A DNA stretch of 64,000 nt from Octopus bimaculoides (lineage: Eukaryota), in contig NC_068995.1 in the NCBI RefSeq assembly GCF_001194135.2, forward strand, positions 27,847,116 to 27,911,115, written 5' to 3'. Made by a program: the position numbers and the translations under genes. This document shows, one piece after another, positions 1 through 12,308 of this stretch (position 1 is the first letter of the stretch; every line of letters starts with the position of its first letter). A model generated the notes under the pieces. That model was not told where the DNA came from. It worked only from the letters and a program-made list of their open reading frames with translations, and ran no database searches.

Positions 1-432
1 CCTCATGTGTCACTCGCACAAGAGCCAGTCCATGGGCACTGGCAACAATCTCGCACGAAAGATATCATGTGTCGCCTGCACATGAGACAGTCCGGGGGCA
101 CTGGCAAACGATCCCGCTCGAAAGATATAATGTGTCACCCTCACATGAGCCAGTCCAGGGGCACTGGCAACGATCCCGCTCGAAAGATTTCATGTGTCGC
201 CTGCACATGAGCCAGTCCGGGGTCACTGGCAAACGATNNNNNNNNNNNNNNNNNNNNNNNNNNNNNNNNNNNNNNNNNNNNNNNNNNNNNNNNNNNNGCA
301 AGCCGGCTCAGGGGCACCGGCAACGATCTCGCTCGAAAGATTTCATGTGTCGCCCGCACATGAGCCAGTCCAGGGGCACTGGCATCGATCCCGCTCGAAA
401 GATTTCATGTGTCTCCCGCACATGAGCCAGTC
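1..432 (-). repeat. 62-bp tandem minisatellite (contains an N gap), homologous to the RTE 3' UTR repeat unit
   Basis: The catgtgtc register falls at 4, 66, 129, 191, 344 and 406 (period 62-63). The reverse complement of the unit matches the RTE 3' UTR near 31790-31850. Confidence 0.9.
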
Positions 433-437
433 TATGG

Positions 438-1979
438 GCATGGAAAATGCCTATCAGTGATAAGAAATATCTACCTATATGAAAGGTCACTTCAGGAGAG
501 TAAGGGTGTGTGAACCAGATAATTTTCCTATTCCTATGTTTTCTTTTCTTTATTTCTGGACTAATAACAGGTGTGTAAGTTATTTTCTCTCTAAAAGCAC
601 TATCTTTCAGAGCTTTATTATATATTGGGGCAACTTTATTAAATATGTTTATATTGGAGGAAAGGCTAGAAATTCTCCTACTAATATTTTTAACTAAATT
701 CTTAAGCACTATGTGAGGGGGTGGCAGGAACCTACTTTAATATAACTAAGTCCATTGTTGGGTTTTCTATAAGGTTTGTAAATATTCTTATTCAAATGTA
801 GAGATACATCAAGGAAATTGACAACCGTAAGGTTGGTATCTACAGTTATGTTAAATTGAATGTTTTCATCATATGGATAATGTCCTTCCTTAACTGACCT
901 TGTGCTGGTCCATTGGTATTTGTAATTAAAGCTAGAGCATCATCTTTGTAAATGGCGAAATATACACCAGGAAAAAATTTTGGCAATGTATCGAGTAGGA
1001 ATAGTCCAATGAAATCGCATATGCCTGCTCTATCATATGACCCCATGCACACATGAAAAAGCACCCTCTGTATCAGTGGACTTAACCAACTCTGTGTTCT
1101 CACTGAAGAGTAGCGTTTTTCTAGCATGGAAGATTATGTCCCTGTCTTGTGCACCAATCTCTATATATTTACTTGCGAAAGTGAGGGCTTTATCTAGTAG
1201 TTCGTTAGAGATAGAAATATAGAAATCTACAATATCAAATTGTGTAAATCTTGCTTTATTCTTATTCATAATTCCTTTAAACCAGCTAACAACTTCTATA
1301 CTATTGGACCATTGTACTAAATTAGTAGCTTTTCTGACTTTAGCATTGATTTTTTCCTAAAATTTCTTTACTAGTTTCTGATTTTACTGGGTTAATTAGT
1401 CTATATTTAGGATTAGATAGGAAATTCTTTTTATGGTCTTAATAGTTATAAAGGCCTCTTTTTTTGGAAAGACCTCTATTTTTTATCTAATTTAGCGTAG
1501 CAGCAGTGATACTAGCTTCTTTATTAATGTCATTATAAACTTGTGGTCTAGCTTTAGTGTAATTATTATTAATATTGTTATGTAGGAGTTGTAAGTATGT
1601 GCTGTTGTTTACAAGGTATAAGTTCTTGGTTTTATCAGAAAAAAGTGCCGGTTTGTTTTTGAAACTTTTTTATGTATTTGATGTCTTTTTTCAGTTTCTG
1701 TTGGAAAGTGTTAAAAGACTTAAGAAATTTTACTTTGTTTATAAGCTACAGTAGGTCCAATTCGAAGTCTTCTAAGTCCTTGATTTTGGGAAGTAATTTC
1801 TTTGATTTAATTCCATGAAACATGTTCTCTGTAGTGGTCTCTTTATTATTGTAAAAGAAGGCCTTCCATCTTACATGCTTATTAAGATCTGTAATTTTCT
1901 CCAATAGTTTTTTAGAGTATAGTTCCCTAGATGGTATAGGTATGTTTTTCATAGAATAATCGATACTGTAAGCATCCAT
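438..1979 (-). mobile_element. Penelope-like retroelement (PLE) RT remnant, 3'-truncated and frameshifted
   Basis: ORF fragments YSMKNIPIPSRELY..RWKAFFY, FTQFDIVDFYISIS, MGSYDRAGICDFIG, YKDDAL and KIIWFTHPYS are PLE reverse transcriptase motifs. The Naiad/Chlamys-type lineage is inference. Confidence 0.88.
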
Positions 1980-2188
1980 ATTGAATTCTTCTGCAGGATG
2001 GGGTTTTCAACCGATTTATAGCAACTTTTCAAAAGAAGCTGTTAGGCTCTTAGAGAAAAAGCTGCGGTATATGGGAAATGATTTATTAATAATAATAATA
2101 TGACAGCAAAAGAATGAATGAGACCTCGATATGTAAATAGAGGAATTTATCTATAAATATATAATACAGGACAATCAGTTAGTTGTCA

Positions 2189-2244
2189 TAATAATACTCA
2201 GAGTTTCAGATGCTGCGGCTAAAAGACATCCTCATCAGTTATTA
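2189..2244 (-). ncRNA. Type I hammerhead ribozyme upstream of the PLE ORF
   Basis: The minus strand reads TAATAA CTGATGA GGATG (14-nt loop) CATCT GAAA CTC T GAG TA TTATTA: complete core, three stems and a GUA cleavage triplet. Confidence 0.85.
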
Positions 2245-2379
2245 AGACAAAAATGCTATGGAAAAAAAAAGCGTTGAATAAAGGGAAGTTACTATAATAG
2301 GCGTGGAAAAAGTAAATAAAAGTAAAAGATATAAGATATAAAAATACAACCGCATAAAGATAGAAACCTTCAATCATAA

Positions 2380-2440
2380 AATCTACATACGTACACATGT
2401 ATATGTACATACATACACATACACACGTGTGTGTGTGTGC

Positions 2441-2503
<63 letters not shown>

Positions 2504-3140
2504 TACATATATAGATACACGCACATACACACGTATATGTGCCCATGCATGCACGCATATACATGATAAAAATATATATACATATAAATATGAAAATCCA
2601 TAAACACATACATATATGTATATATGACTTCATCTTTACATAGAAAAAGTTTGCATTTATCTTAGAACTTATATAAATAAAAATACTCATATAAAACCGT
2701 AAACAATATACATGTATTAATGTTCGTTGCAGGCATATATTCACACACACCACATGTATGAATATATATAAATACACATACGTGGATAGACAAAAGCACG
2801 CATATGTATATATATGGACAAATATACACACACATGTATAAATACATAGTCAAAATCATCCGCACGTAGATATATGGACATTTATACAAATGAAAACACA
2901 TATGCAAAACATACGACGTATACATATTCACATTCGCTGCAAACATGAATATACATATGAATTATGTATAGGGGTGCATATATATACACAAATTCACCTT
3001 CCTTTCTATCAACACACCTTCACCTGGATATATGCAAGCGTATATATATTCACACACCCCGCATGTATAAATATACATATACACATACACGGATAGACAA
3101 AACCATGCATATGCATATATATGTACAAATATATACACAC
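2380..3140. repeat. (TA)n/(CA)n/TACA low-complexity tract with an internal duplication of about 90 bp
   Basis: Long (AT)n at about 2446-2499; 2745-2835 resembles 3050-3140. The ORFs here are IYIY artefacts. Confidence 0.85.
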
Positions 3141-3144
3141 ACAA

Positions 3145-3475
3145 AAATTGACTGGAGTTGATGTGGGACAAATTGTTCTGATTCCTTGGATTAGTTTAAT
3201 GCCGTCTGATTCTGACTTACCCTTCACATTTCAAAGACGCCAAATTCCAATAAGACTGGTTTTTGCAATTTCCATAAAAAAAAAAAGCCAGTGTGGCATT
3301 TACTTATCAAATCCAGTTTTCACTCACGGTCAATTATACGTTACTATAAGCAGGGTTGGAGACCCAGAGAAGATTAGAATTTATGCTGACCATGATGAGT
3401 TCCTCAATTACAATTCATATCCATTATGATATACAGAAACTAACTAGAAATGTTGTATATGCTGAAGTTGTCTAA
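3145..3475 (+). mobile_element. Helitron Rep/helicase C-terminal (PIF1-like) remnant
   Basis: VLIPWISLMPSDSDLPFTFQRRQIPIRLVFAISI..KSQ..PVFTHGQLYVTISRV, followed by a TRNVVYAEVV* type end. Confidence 0.88.
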
Positions 3476-3659
3476 ATGTAAAATCTTCCCTGTATATACA
3501 TCTTATGTATTAAGATTAAATTGTACATGTTCAGTATATAAATATGGTAATATTTATTTGTCATGAAGATTTGCGTATTAGTTATTGAAAACAGTTTAAA
3601 GATAAGTTTCAATAAGTACATATCCTATTTCCATTTCAATAAAATTGTATGATACTTCT

Positions 3660-5790
3660 AGTTCTGATAGTGACTCAACAATTAGAACAAGGTCATCAGC
3701 ATAGAGGAGCTCCCAGGGGCATCCTGTCTTGAATTCCTGTGATTTTGCCTGGAGGACTAAACCTTGGGGGATCCCTACCTCTACTCGGAATTCTTCACTG
3801 TACACGTTGCCAACCTTCACCTTACTGACAGCGTCCCTGTACATGGATTGGATAGCCCTCACTAACTATTTATCTATCCCTAGTTTCCTCATTGACCAGC
3901 AGATAAGGGATTGGGAGACCCTGACAACAGCTTTCTCCATTTCGACGAAAGCTAGGTACAGAGGTTTATCTTTGGCTAGGTATTTCTCCTGCAGCTGTCT
4001 TACCAGAAATATAGCGTCAGTGGTGCTTTTCCCTGGCACAAACCCAAACTGCATCTCATCTAACTGACTCTCTCCCTAATTAGTTGGGCTATGACCCTCT
4101 CCGTGACTTTCATTAACTGATCCAACAACTTGATACCTCTGTAATTATTTGTATCTAAAGCGTCACCTTTACCTTTGTAGCAGTTGACTATGGTGTTGCT
4201 ACACCAGTCATTGGGTGTGACTCCTTCGTGTATCACCTGGTTAACTATACGGGTGACTAGGCTATAGCTGACACTACCAGATATTTTGAGCATCTCTGCA
4301 GTGATTCCTGATGGGCCGGGGGCTTTCCCTGAATTCATACTCTTAACTGCTTTATCTACCATGGTACTGTCAACTCCGATAGCTGGTCCCTCTGTTGGGT
4401 CGACATTCGGCAGACTCTCTTTCTCCCATTCATTCTCTTTATTGAGCAACCTTTCATAGTGGCGTCTCCAAACCTCTCACTTTGCAGCCACGTCTAGTGC
4501 AAGTGAACCATCATCCATGCGGACACATTTCTCTCCTACGACATCACGTTTCTCTCTCACACACTGTCTTGCAACATGAAATACCTCAAGTCTTTGGCTT
4601 AGAATATTGGCAAATTTTTTTTTATCTGCTTCCCCTCTAGCTAAATAAACCTGTCTCCTAGCTTCCCTTCTGGCAGTCTGATACAATTCCCTTCTACCAC
4701 CGTTCTTCCAGTCCTTCCAAGCCTGTTTCTTTTGTCTAATAGCCCTGTCAACAACATTGTTCCACCACCACGTCATTTTGGGTCAAGAGGGGACTTTGCA
4801 CTATCCACAGATCTGGTCAGTGGCCCCCAACCGGTTGTCCCGTAGATACCCCCAGTTGTCTTCTACATCGTATGAAGCATATCCCCTTCTATTTCGTCAA
4901 ATGCTTTGAGTAATAAGTCTCTAAATCTCTGTCCATTCGCAGGATCTTTCAGCTTCCAGACCCTTCTCCTCCATGCTGGTTGTCTTCTGGGCAACCACTT
5001 AGCCCTGATCCTGAAGTTACTAACTACCAGTCTATGTTGTGGGGTACATTCTTTACTTGAGAAGGTTTTAGCATTTATAAACAGCCATATTTCCCTTTTT
5101 CTGGCAAGGATGTAGTTGATTTGACTAGTGTGTCTGCCAGAACAGTAGGTGACTAGGTGACTGGCAGGTTTCCTGAAGTTAGTATGGCAAACCATAAGGT
5201 CATTTGCATCGCAGAACTCCAGCAGCCTGGTTTCCTCCTCATTGCAGGAGCCAAAGCCATAGCCTCCATTTACGCCATGGAAGCCTCCTGTATGTTGTCC
5301 AATATGTCCATTGAAGGTCCCTGTCATTCGTGAACGAGGTAGTCTGCAAGAATGTGTCATAAAATTAGTCTTTCTGTCCGACGAGTAGCCCAGGCCGAAG
5401 GTCATAGGCTGAGATAATGGTTGCTAACCCATGGTGAAAGAGTAAACTAATCTTAAGTATTCTATCGCATACTCTGACTACCTTGATTACCTTATCCACC
5501 CATTTCTCCGCAAGAAGTATACCCATGTCCCCAACACTGTTAGTGTTTCCTACCCAGAAAATCTTGTACCTGTGTTCTTTGCCTGTGAGGAACCTAGTGG
5601 AACCTCCTCTCCACATTACTTCTTGGAGGCACCAGATATCGACACATCTCCGTTCAAGCATCTCAACAATCTCACCAGACCTACCTTTCAGTGTGCTGAC
5701 GTTGAGAGTGCCAACTCTGAGGATGTGGGAGGTATGGGCCCGTGAGAGCCTGGGACAGGGGACAGCAGCATCACGTACCTGAAAAGAAAG
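3660..5790 (-). mobile_element. RTE-clade LINE (endonuclease + RT), degenerate with internal deletions
   Basis: LRVGTLNVSTLKGRSGE..CLQE (AP endonuclease), GKAPGPSG, NYRGIKLLDQ, QFGFVPGKSTTDAIF and LLYADDL. Confidence 0.93.
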
Positions 5791-6384
5791 CTCGCATTTG
5801 GCAATATTCATAAACAAGCAGTAGCCTTCAATTCAACTTGCATACACTACACTACCATATTTTTGCACTATATGATCACTACCTTATATAGGAGGTGATA
5901 ACCCCTAAGTAGGAGTGGGGGTGGCATGAAGCCTTTAGAAGTGTTCATGGGAGACAACTAAAGAATGGGAGAGGATAGGAACTTCTGGTATATGTGGAGA
6001 GGATAAGAACTTCTGGTATGAATGGAGGCGGTCGGAGGGTGGGTGTACTGCGAGCAGAATAAGGCAAAAAGAGAGAAGGTGGGGTTAGTGGACAGAACAC
6101 GAGGGAGAAAAATATTCTTTTGGGATTTGGGTAGCATAGTATAACGAGACAGCAAATGTTGATAATAGTAAAATAGAATTGAAAATTCTGAGAGCTTTTG
6201 GTCAGCTAATCTATGACAGAATTAGAGAAATAAGTGACTGTATGATAAACTTGAATAAATGAATGAATGTGATGACATGGTAATGAAATAGACAGAATAG
6301 TGAAAGAACTAAGTAAGGGGTTATGATCTGCGCATAAATAGAAGGGCATGAATGAGGTTGAAAAGAACAGATAAGAAGTTGTGA

Positions 6385-7015
6385 CTCAGTAATTAGAGCA
6401 ATGTCATCAGCATAGAGGAGCTCGCAGGGGCATGCTGTCTTGAATTCCTCTGTTATTGCCTGAAGGACTATGATGAATAAGAGGGGACTGAGGACTGAAC
6501 CTTGGTGGACCCCTACCCAGAATTCTTTACTGTATTCATCGTCAGCCCTCACCTTACTGAAAGCATCCCTGTACATAGCTTGTACAGCTATCACTAACCG
6601 TTCATCTATTCCTAATTTCCTCATTAACCACCAGATAAGGAATTGGGGGACCCTGTCAAAGGCTTTCTCCATGGCAATGAAAGCCAAGTACAAAGGTTTA
6701 TCTTAGGCTAGGTATTTCTCTTGCATCTCATCTAGACTGGGCTCTCTCCCGAATTAGTTGGGCTATGACCCTCTCCACGACCGTCATTTCCTGATCCAAC
6801 AACTTGATACCTCTGTAATTATTTATATCTAAAGCATCACCTTTACCTTTGTAGCAGTTGACTATGGTGCTGCTACACCTGTCATTGGGTATGACTCCTT
6901 CATGTATCACCTGGTTAACTATACGGGTGACTAGGCTTCCACTCTGGCTAAATAAACCTGTCTCCCAGCTTCCCTTCTGGCAGTCTGATACAATTCCTTA
7001 CTACTACCATTCTTG
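6385..7015 (-). mobile_element. RTE LINE RT fragment with an internal deletion
   Basis: EKAFDRVP, GVHQGSVLSPLLF, LYADD and CYKGKGDALD. Confidence 0.9.
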
Positions 7016-7252
7016 CAGTCCTTTCAAGCTTTGCCTACCATAGAATCCAACCACTTTGAAAATAGTTATCAAAACTTGTCAGGCTACTTCTTGTTGCTGA
7101 ATCAACTGCTTATTCAGAGTCACAGATACGTCTGTCTTTGGCCGAAAAGTAGTTATAGCATTTATGTGGTAACTAGAACAGCTGTGTGCAGCAATTTTTG
7201 CTGTAATTTTGCCCGTTTCTTACATATTCACAGGAATTCAAAACAAGATATA

Positions 7253-7334
<82 letters not shown>

Positions 7335-7999
7335 NNNNNNNNNNNNNNNNNNNNNNNNNNNNNNNNNNNNNNNNNNNNNNNNNNNNNNNNNNNNNNNNNN
7401 NNNNNNNNNNNNNNNNNNNNNNNNNNNNNNNNNNNNNNNNNNNNNNNNNNNNNNNNNNNNNNNNNNNNNNNNNNNNNNNNNNNNNNNNNNNNNNNNNNNN
7501 NNNNNNNNNNNNNNNNNNNNNNNNNNNNNNNNNNNNNNNNNNNNNNNNNNNNNNNNNNNNNNNNNNNNNNNNNNNNNNNNNNNNNNNNNNNNNNNNNNNN
7601 NNNNNNNNNNNNNNNNNNNNNNNNNNNNNNNNNNNNNNNNNNNNNNNNNNNNNNNNNNNNNNNNNNNNNNNNNNNNNNNNNNNNNNNNNNNNNNNNNNNN
7701 NNNNNNNNNNNNNNNNNNNNNNNNNNNNNNNNNNNNNNNNNNNNNNNNNNNNNNNNNNNNNNNNNNNNNNNNNNNNNNNNNNNNNNNNNNNNNNNNNNNN
7801 NNNNNNNNNNNNNNNNNNNNNNNNNNNNNNNNNNNNNNNNNNNNNNNNNNNNNNNNNNNNNNNNNNNNNNNNNNNNNTGCTGAAGCACCACTTTAGTCAA
7901 AGAAATCGACTCCTGGACTTACTCTTTGTAAGCCTGGTACTTACTCTATTGGTATCTTTTGCCAAACCGCGAAGTGACGGGGACGTAAACACACCGACA

Positions 8000-8770
8000 T
8001 CGGAAGGCCTGGAAGAGTGGGGGTAGCAGGAGAATGTATGAGATAGCCAAAAGGGAAGCTAGGAGACAGGTATATATAGCCAAGGGAGTAGCAGAAAAGA
8101 AGAGGTTTGCCAATGTTCAGCGATGTGAGGACCAAAGAACTGAAGTATTTTGGATTGCAATACTGTGTGTGAAAGAAAACCATGGTCATAGGAGAGAAAT
8201 GCATTTGCATGGATGATGGTACCCTTGCATTTAATGACTTTGCAAAGAAAGCGGTTTAGAGTTGCCATTATGAGAGACTGCTGAATATGGAGAATGAGTG
8301 GGAGGAGGAGATTCTGCCAAAGATTGACCCACTTGAGGGACCAGATACCCGAATCGATAGTACCCTGGTAGATAAAGCAATTAAGGATATGAAGTCAGTG
8401 AAAGCACCAAGCTCATCAGGAATCACCGCTGAGATGCTTAAAATATCTGGTGGTGTGGGTTATGGTCTTGTCACCCGCATTGTAAATCAGGTAGTTCATG
8501 AAGGTGTCATACCTAATAATTGGTGTAGCAGCATCATAGTCAACTGCTACAAAGGTAAAGGTGATGCTTTAGATAGAAATAACTACAGGGGTATCAAATT
8601 ATTGGATCAGTTGATGAAAGTTACAGAGAGGGTCATAGCCCAACTAATTAGGGAGAGAGTTAGCCTAGATGAGATGCAGTTTGTTTTTGTGCTGGGCAGA
8701 AGCACCACTGATGCTATATTTGTGGTAAGGCAACAGTAAGAGGAATATCTAGCCAAAGATAAACCTCTGT
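8000..8770 (+). mobile_element. RTE LINE RT fragment
   Basis: ORF 8287-8739: KAPSSSGITAEMLK..CYKGKGDALDRNNYRGIKLLDQ..STTDAIF. Confidence 0.92.
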
Positions 8771-8975
8771 ACTACAATCAAATTGAAAAGAAAGCACTAA
8801 CCCTAGTTTTTGGTGTTAAAAGATTTCACAGTGTATTGCATGGAAGACCTTTTGTTGTATTTACCAGCCATAAACCCTTCTATATATTTTTGATAAAAAA
8901 AATGTGATTCCAGGTTATACAGCAAATCATTTACAAAGATGGGCAACAATGTTACTGGTGTATAACTTTCAACAG
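8771..8975 (+). mobile_element. Ty3/Gypsy RNase H fragment
   Basis: My translation: [35 protein letters not shown]..., then after a frameshift YTANHLQRWATMLLVYNF. Confidence 0.8.
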
Positions 8976-8989
8976 TCTCATTGAAGCCA

Positions 8990-9310
8990 ATATCTTTGTT
9001 AATATATAGTTGATGTATTTAGTGTCTTCATTAGTTCTGAGCTTAATTAATAATGATTTGATTTGCACTTGATTGTCAAAATTTGAACAGTTAATGCAAA
9101 AAATATTTTCATCATTTGCAAACCATGAATCAAAGGTAATATCGGCAATTGGGTCAAAAATAAATTCTGTAATGTAATTTGAAGCTGCTTAAGAGTTGAT
9201 AGATAATTTTTGAATCAGTAATTCAATAACTTTAAACTGTGCCACCTCAGATTGTTTCTGTTGGTGTTCAGGAAGCGTTTCCATTTGTTCAGAAGAAATA
9301 GCCATTTTAT
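8990..9310 (-). mobile_element. Ty3/Gypsy gag N-terminal fragment
   Basis: The minus strand reads MAISSEQMETL..ITEFIFDPIADITFDSWFANDENIF, resembling the Gypsy gag motif FxYDPxxxxTFxxWF. Confidence 0.6.
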
Positions 9311-10097
9311 CTCATTTTCGATGTCACTGTTGTAACTGTAAATGTAATTTGGACCGTGGTTAGTAGACGAGTAAGATATAACCTACTAGATTCCCGCAAA
9401 AGAACTCATAACACATTTTACTTGGATAAAAATGATTTTATAGCAATTGGCAGAAACAAAACTGCCTATTAGACAAGAAACCTGAGTGAGTACTCACACA
9501 AGGAAAAGAGACTGAATTTTTCAGGAATGCCAACAGGTCTTTACACCATGTGCACATGCTAAAATGGTTCACATTCCAAAAAGCTATTTTTGTCTTATCT
9601 CTTACATTAGCTAGGAGGGTATGTTTGGGGTGTTGTTTTCTTATTAACATTCCTTTATAACTTGTGTAAGATTTGTATTTTTTTGTTTGTTTGTTTAAGT
9701 GTTGTGGTTTAAATCCATTTTGTAAAGTGGCTAGTGAAATTGGTCAATCAAAAGTGAATCTGAGAGTGGTGAATCTATGTGAGATTATTTAACTTCAGTT
9801 GTGTGGTTTTGAAATTATATTTTTGCCCATTTTCTAAGTTCTCGGTAGTTGACTGTCTTTGATAAGTTATCATTTTTGTTGTTTAGCCTCAAGTCAGCTT
9901 TCGTTGAGCAGACCATTGGTTAAGGGTACTTTTGCCACAACTGTCCCAATTCTTTTATTCAATCCTAGTGAATCTAACAATGCTTTATCCGGCCTCTTTT
10001 CTTTTTAAAATTTATATTGTAATTTGTGGGAGATTTAGCTGGTAATTCTAGGAAGTCAAGTGACTACATAAAATCTCCTTTGTTGACTCATGCCATG

Positions 10098-10159
10098 AAC
10101 TGTTAAAGGTGTTAATAAAGTGTGACAACTGTTAAAGGTGTTAATAAAGTGTGACAACT
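10098..10159. repeat. Perfect 29-bp tandem duplication
   Basis: aactgttaaaggtgttaataaagtgtgac repeated twice, plus aact. Confidence 0.95.
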
Positions 10160-10620
10160 CAATGTTTTAGTGTTTAGGCTTTGTACTTGTCATGAGATTT
10201 CCTTCTGGTTTAAGTGTAAAGGTGGGTGTCTTCATTAATTTGGATTTTCATCACTAAGTGTAGTAAAGTGGTGGGTATGCAATTTTAATTGCTGATGAAA
10301 TCTGTGATTTGAAGCTCTTATTTTGATGTGATATTACTGTTGTCTATTTTTTGATGTTGCTAATTACTACTTACTGTGTAGTTTTTAAAGATAGCACTGC
10401 AAATAACAAAACTTATGTCGATATGCAACATTAAGACTTTGTTGTCATGAATTTTGAATTATATTGGTTTTATCCATTTGAAAACTATTGACTCCTAAAA
10501 TATGTTTGTAAACTTTTCCAGCCAATGGAAGCCAAAAAACAACATGATTCTTGGATCTTTTATTGAATATTTCTATGCAATCTTTTATTTTTTTTTTTAT
10601 CATATACTGAATATTTGCAG

Positions 10621-10803
10621 AACAAAGAAAGCCGTATAGCAATATATGAGAATCAGCAATGGATGGCAGTGACAGTTTTGTTTGGTTTGGCTAGTTGTAG
10701 CATCCCTGTAGGGTTAAAAGCTGAAGTTTTGCTGACCTTAACAGCTCTGGCAAAAAGCCCTGAAATAGCAGGGACTATTTGGCAGGGTTTGGAATCATCT
10801 CAG
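10621..10803 (+). CDS. NUP205: NUP205 internal exon (first in window), phase 0-0
   Basis: Acceptor ttgcag| and donor |gtaata. Encodes NKESRIAIYENQQWMAVTVLFGLASCSIPVGLKAEVLLTLTALAKSPEIAGTIWQGLESSQ, which I recognise as the Nup205 segment ...CSIPPVLKAELLKTLAAFGKSPEIAASLWQSLE. Length 183 nt. Confidence 0.93.
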
Positions 10804-11265
10804 GTAATACGAACATATTTAATTCTATTCCTTATTTGTTTTAGGTGAACAACATTACTTCATTTTTTCCCCCAATATTTTCTATCTAATTTTCTCTTCT
10901 AGCATGTGCAGGCAAGTTTATTTTTTGAACAGTTGCTTTTATTAGAACTTAGTGCCATTTATATTGCTTGGCACTCAACAGTTGATCAGGGTCATAATTC
11001 TAGTATACTTGGTCAGTAATCAGTCAGCTCACAAAGATTTTGAATATATTGTAATGGAAAATCTAAATAATCCAGGAATGCATGCAAATATCTTAAATGT
11101 GAGGTAAAAACAAGGGAGGGTGTGCAAAAACTAAGAGTTTATGGCTTGACATTAGATCAAAATTACTAACTGAACAGAAATTAATTTCAAATATTGCAAC
11201 AGCCATTTAATTATATTGTCAAATTGTCACATAGCACTATAATATAAAAGTTGTGTGATTTTCAG

Positions 11266-11319
11266 ATTGTAAGCACCATTAGCAACTCTAGCCAACACCA
11301 CCAACTTGGAGGTATACAG
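11266..11319 (+). CDS. NUP205: NUP205 exon, phase 0-0 (54 nt)
   Basis: ttttcag| ... |gtaagt. Encodes IVSTISNSSQHHQLGGIQ and bridges the flanking exons in frame. Too short for the ORF track. Confidence 0.85.
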
Positions 11320-12308
11320 GTAAGTTCATTTTTCAGTAAGCTTACAAAAAAAATGATTAACATATTGGAAAGGAATTCTTATAATAAACATGCCTTGAAT
11401 GATAACTGATAAAAATTACCATTTTTGATATTTGACTCCTTTAAGGTGATGAGCTGGCAGAATCATTAGGATGCTTGGCAAAATGCTTAGTGGCATATTG
11501 TCTGTCTTTACGTTCTAGGACTGCAATTTCTAATGAAGCAATTGCTGGCGATCTGTTGAAATGAATGTAAATTTGAAATTTAATGTTGTATTAAATTAAA
11601 ATATATAGCTTTGTAGTATATCTTCCTTATTAGAATGCCTTTAATTGTCTAAATTTACATTTTAATATTAAAATCAAAATACTGATTTGAATCTTCTTAT
11701 TATGTTAGTTAAATAGCACTTGTACATTGACCATTTGTTACAATGTGAATGTCTCTCAAAAGATAAGGGTGTTTAGTATTTCATTTTTCTTATTTCTATT
11801 ACTTTTCCACATGTTTATTGAGCTTCAGATTTTGTAACAGTGATTACAAATCAGAAATGCAAAAATAATAACTGATCATGTATTTTGAACAGGATGTTTT
11901 ATTTTCAGTACTTAAAAACAAAGTAACTAAGGATAGAGAAACAGATAGTGAATTGAGTCTTGAAAGTGAACATAGTGAAAACTAGATTATTTCTCTTCCA
12001 ACTTTTTTATATTCTGTATGTCTATATGTATGTTTCTGTATTTCCTGTCTCATAGTCATACATATAATGTAACTAATTTACACATAATCATTCACACAAT
12101 GCTATACTAAAATATTATGGCTTGTATGTGTATGTGCGGCCACAAAACTTCAAACCATAGATAACATAACTGTTGCTTGTTTGACAAATGGTTTACTTTA
12201 TTCTTTGGCATAAGTTAAGATCATTTTTTGTATCTCTGATGTAGATTTTGTCTTGTTGAGATATGTTGTTTATATTTATTTATTTAATTTTTGTCTTGTA
12301 TCTTCTAG

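Noticed and set aside
1-432. Regular repeat array considered as CRISPR-like
   Set aside because: The units are contiguous and nearly identical, with no unique spacers; the context is eukaryotic and there are no cas genes.
7013-8026. Long ORFs spanning N runs (also 40189-41127, 43690-44103, 46213-46530)
   Set aside because: They are artefacts of assembly gaps and (AT)n/(CA)n microsatellites.
10290-10320. CTGATGA-AATC-TGT-GATT-TGAAG hammerhead-like string
   Set aside because: No GAAA, no G10.1-C11.1 pair and no stem I/III partner; probably chance in AT-rich DNA.
1-10620. Search for the upstream NUP205 exon (expected GIT..E..GL..L type sequence)
   Set aside because: No matching frame with splice sites was found; that exon probably lies before the window.
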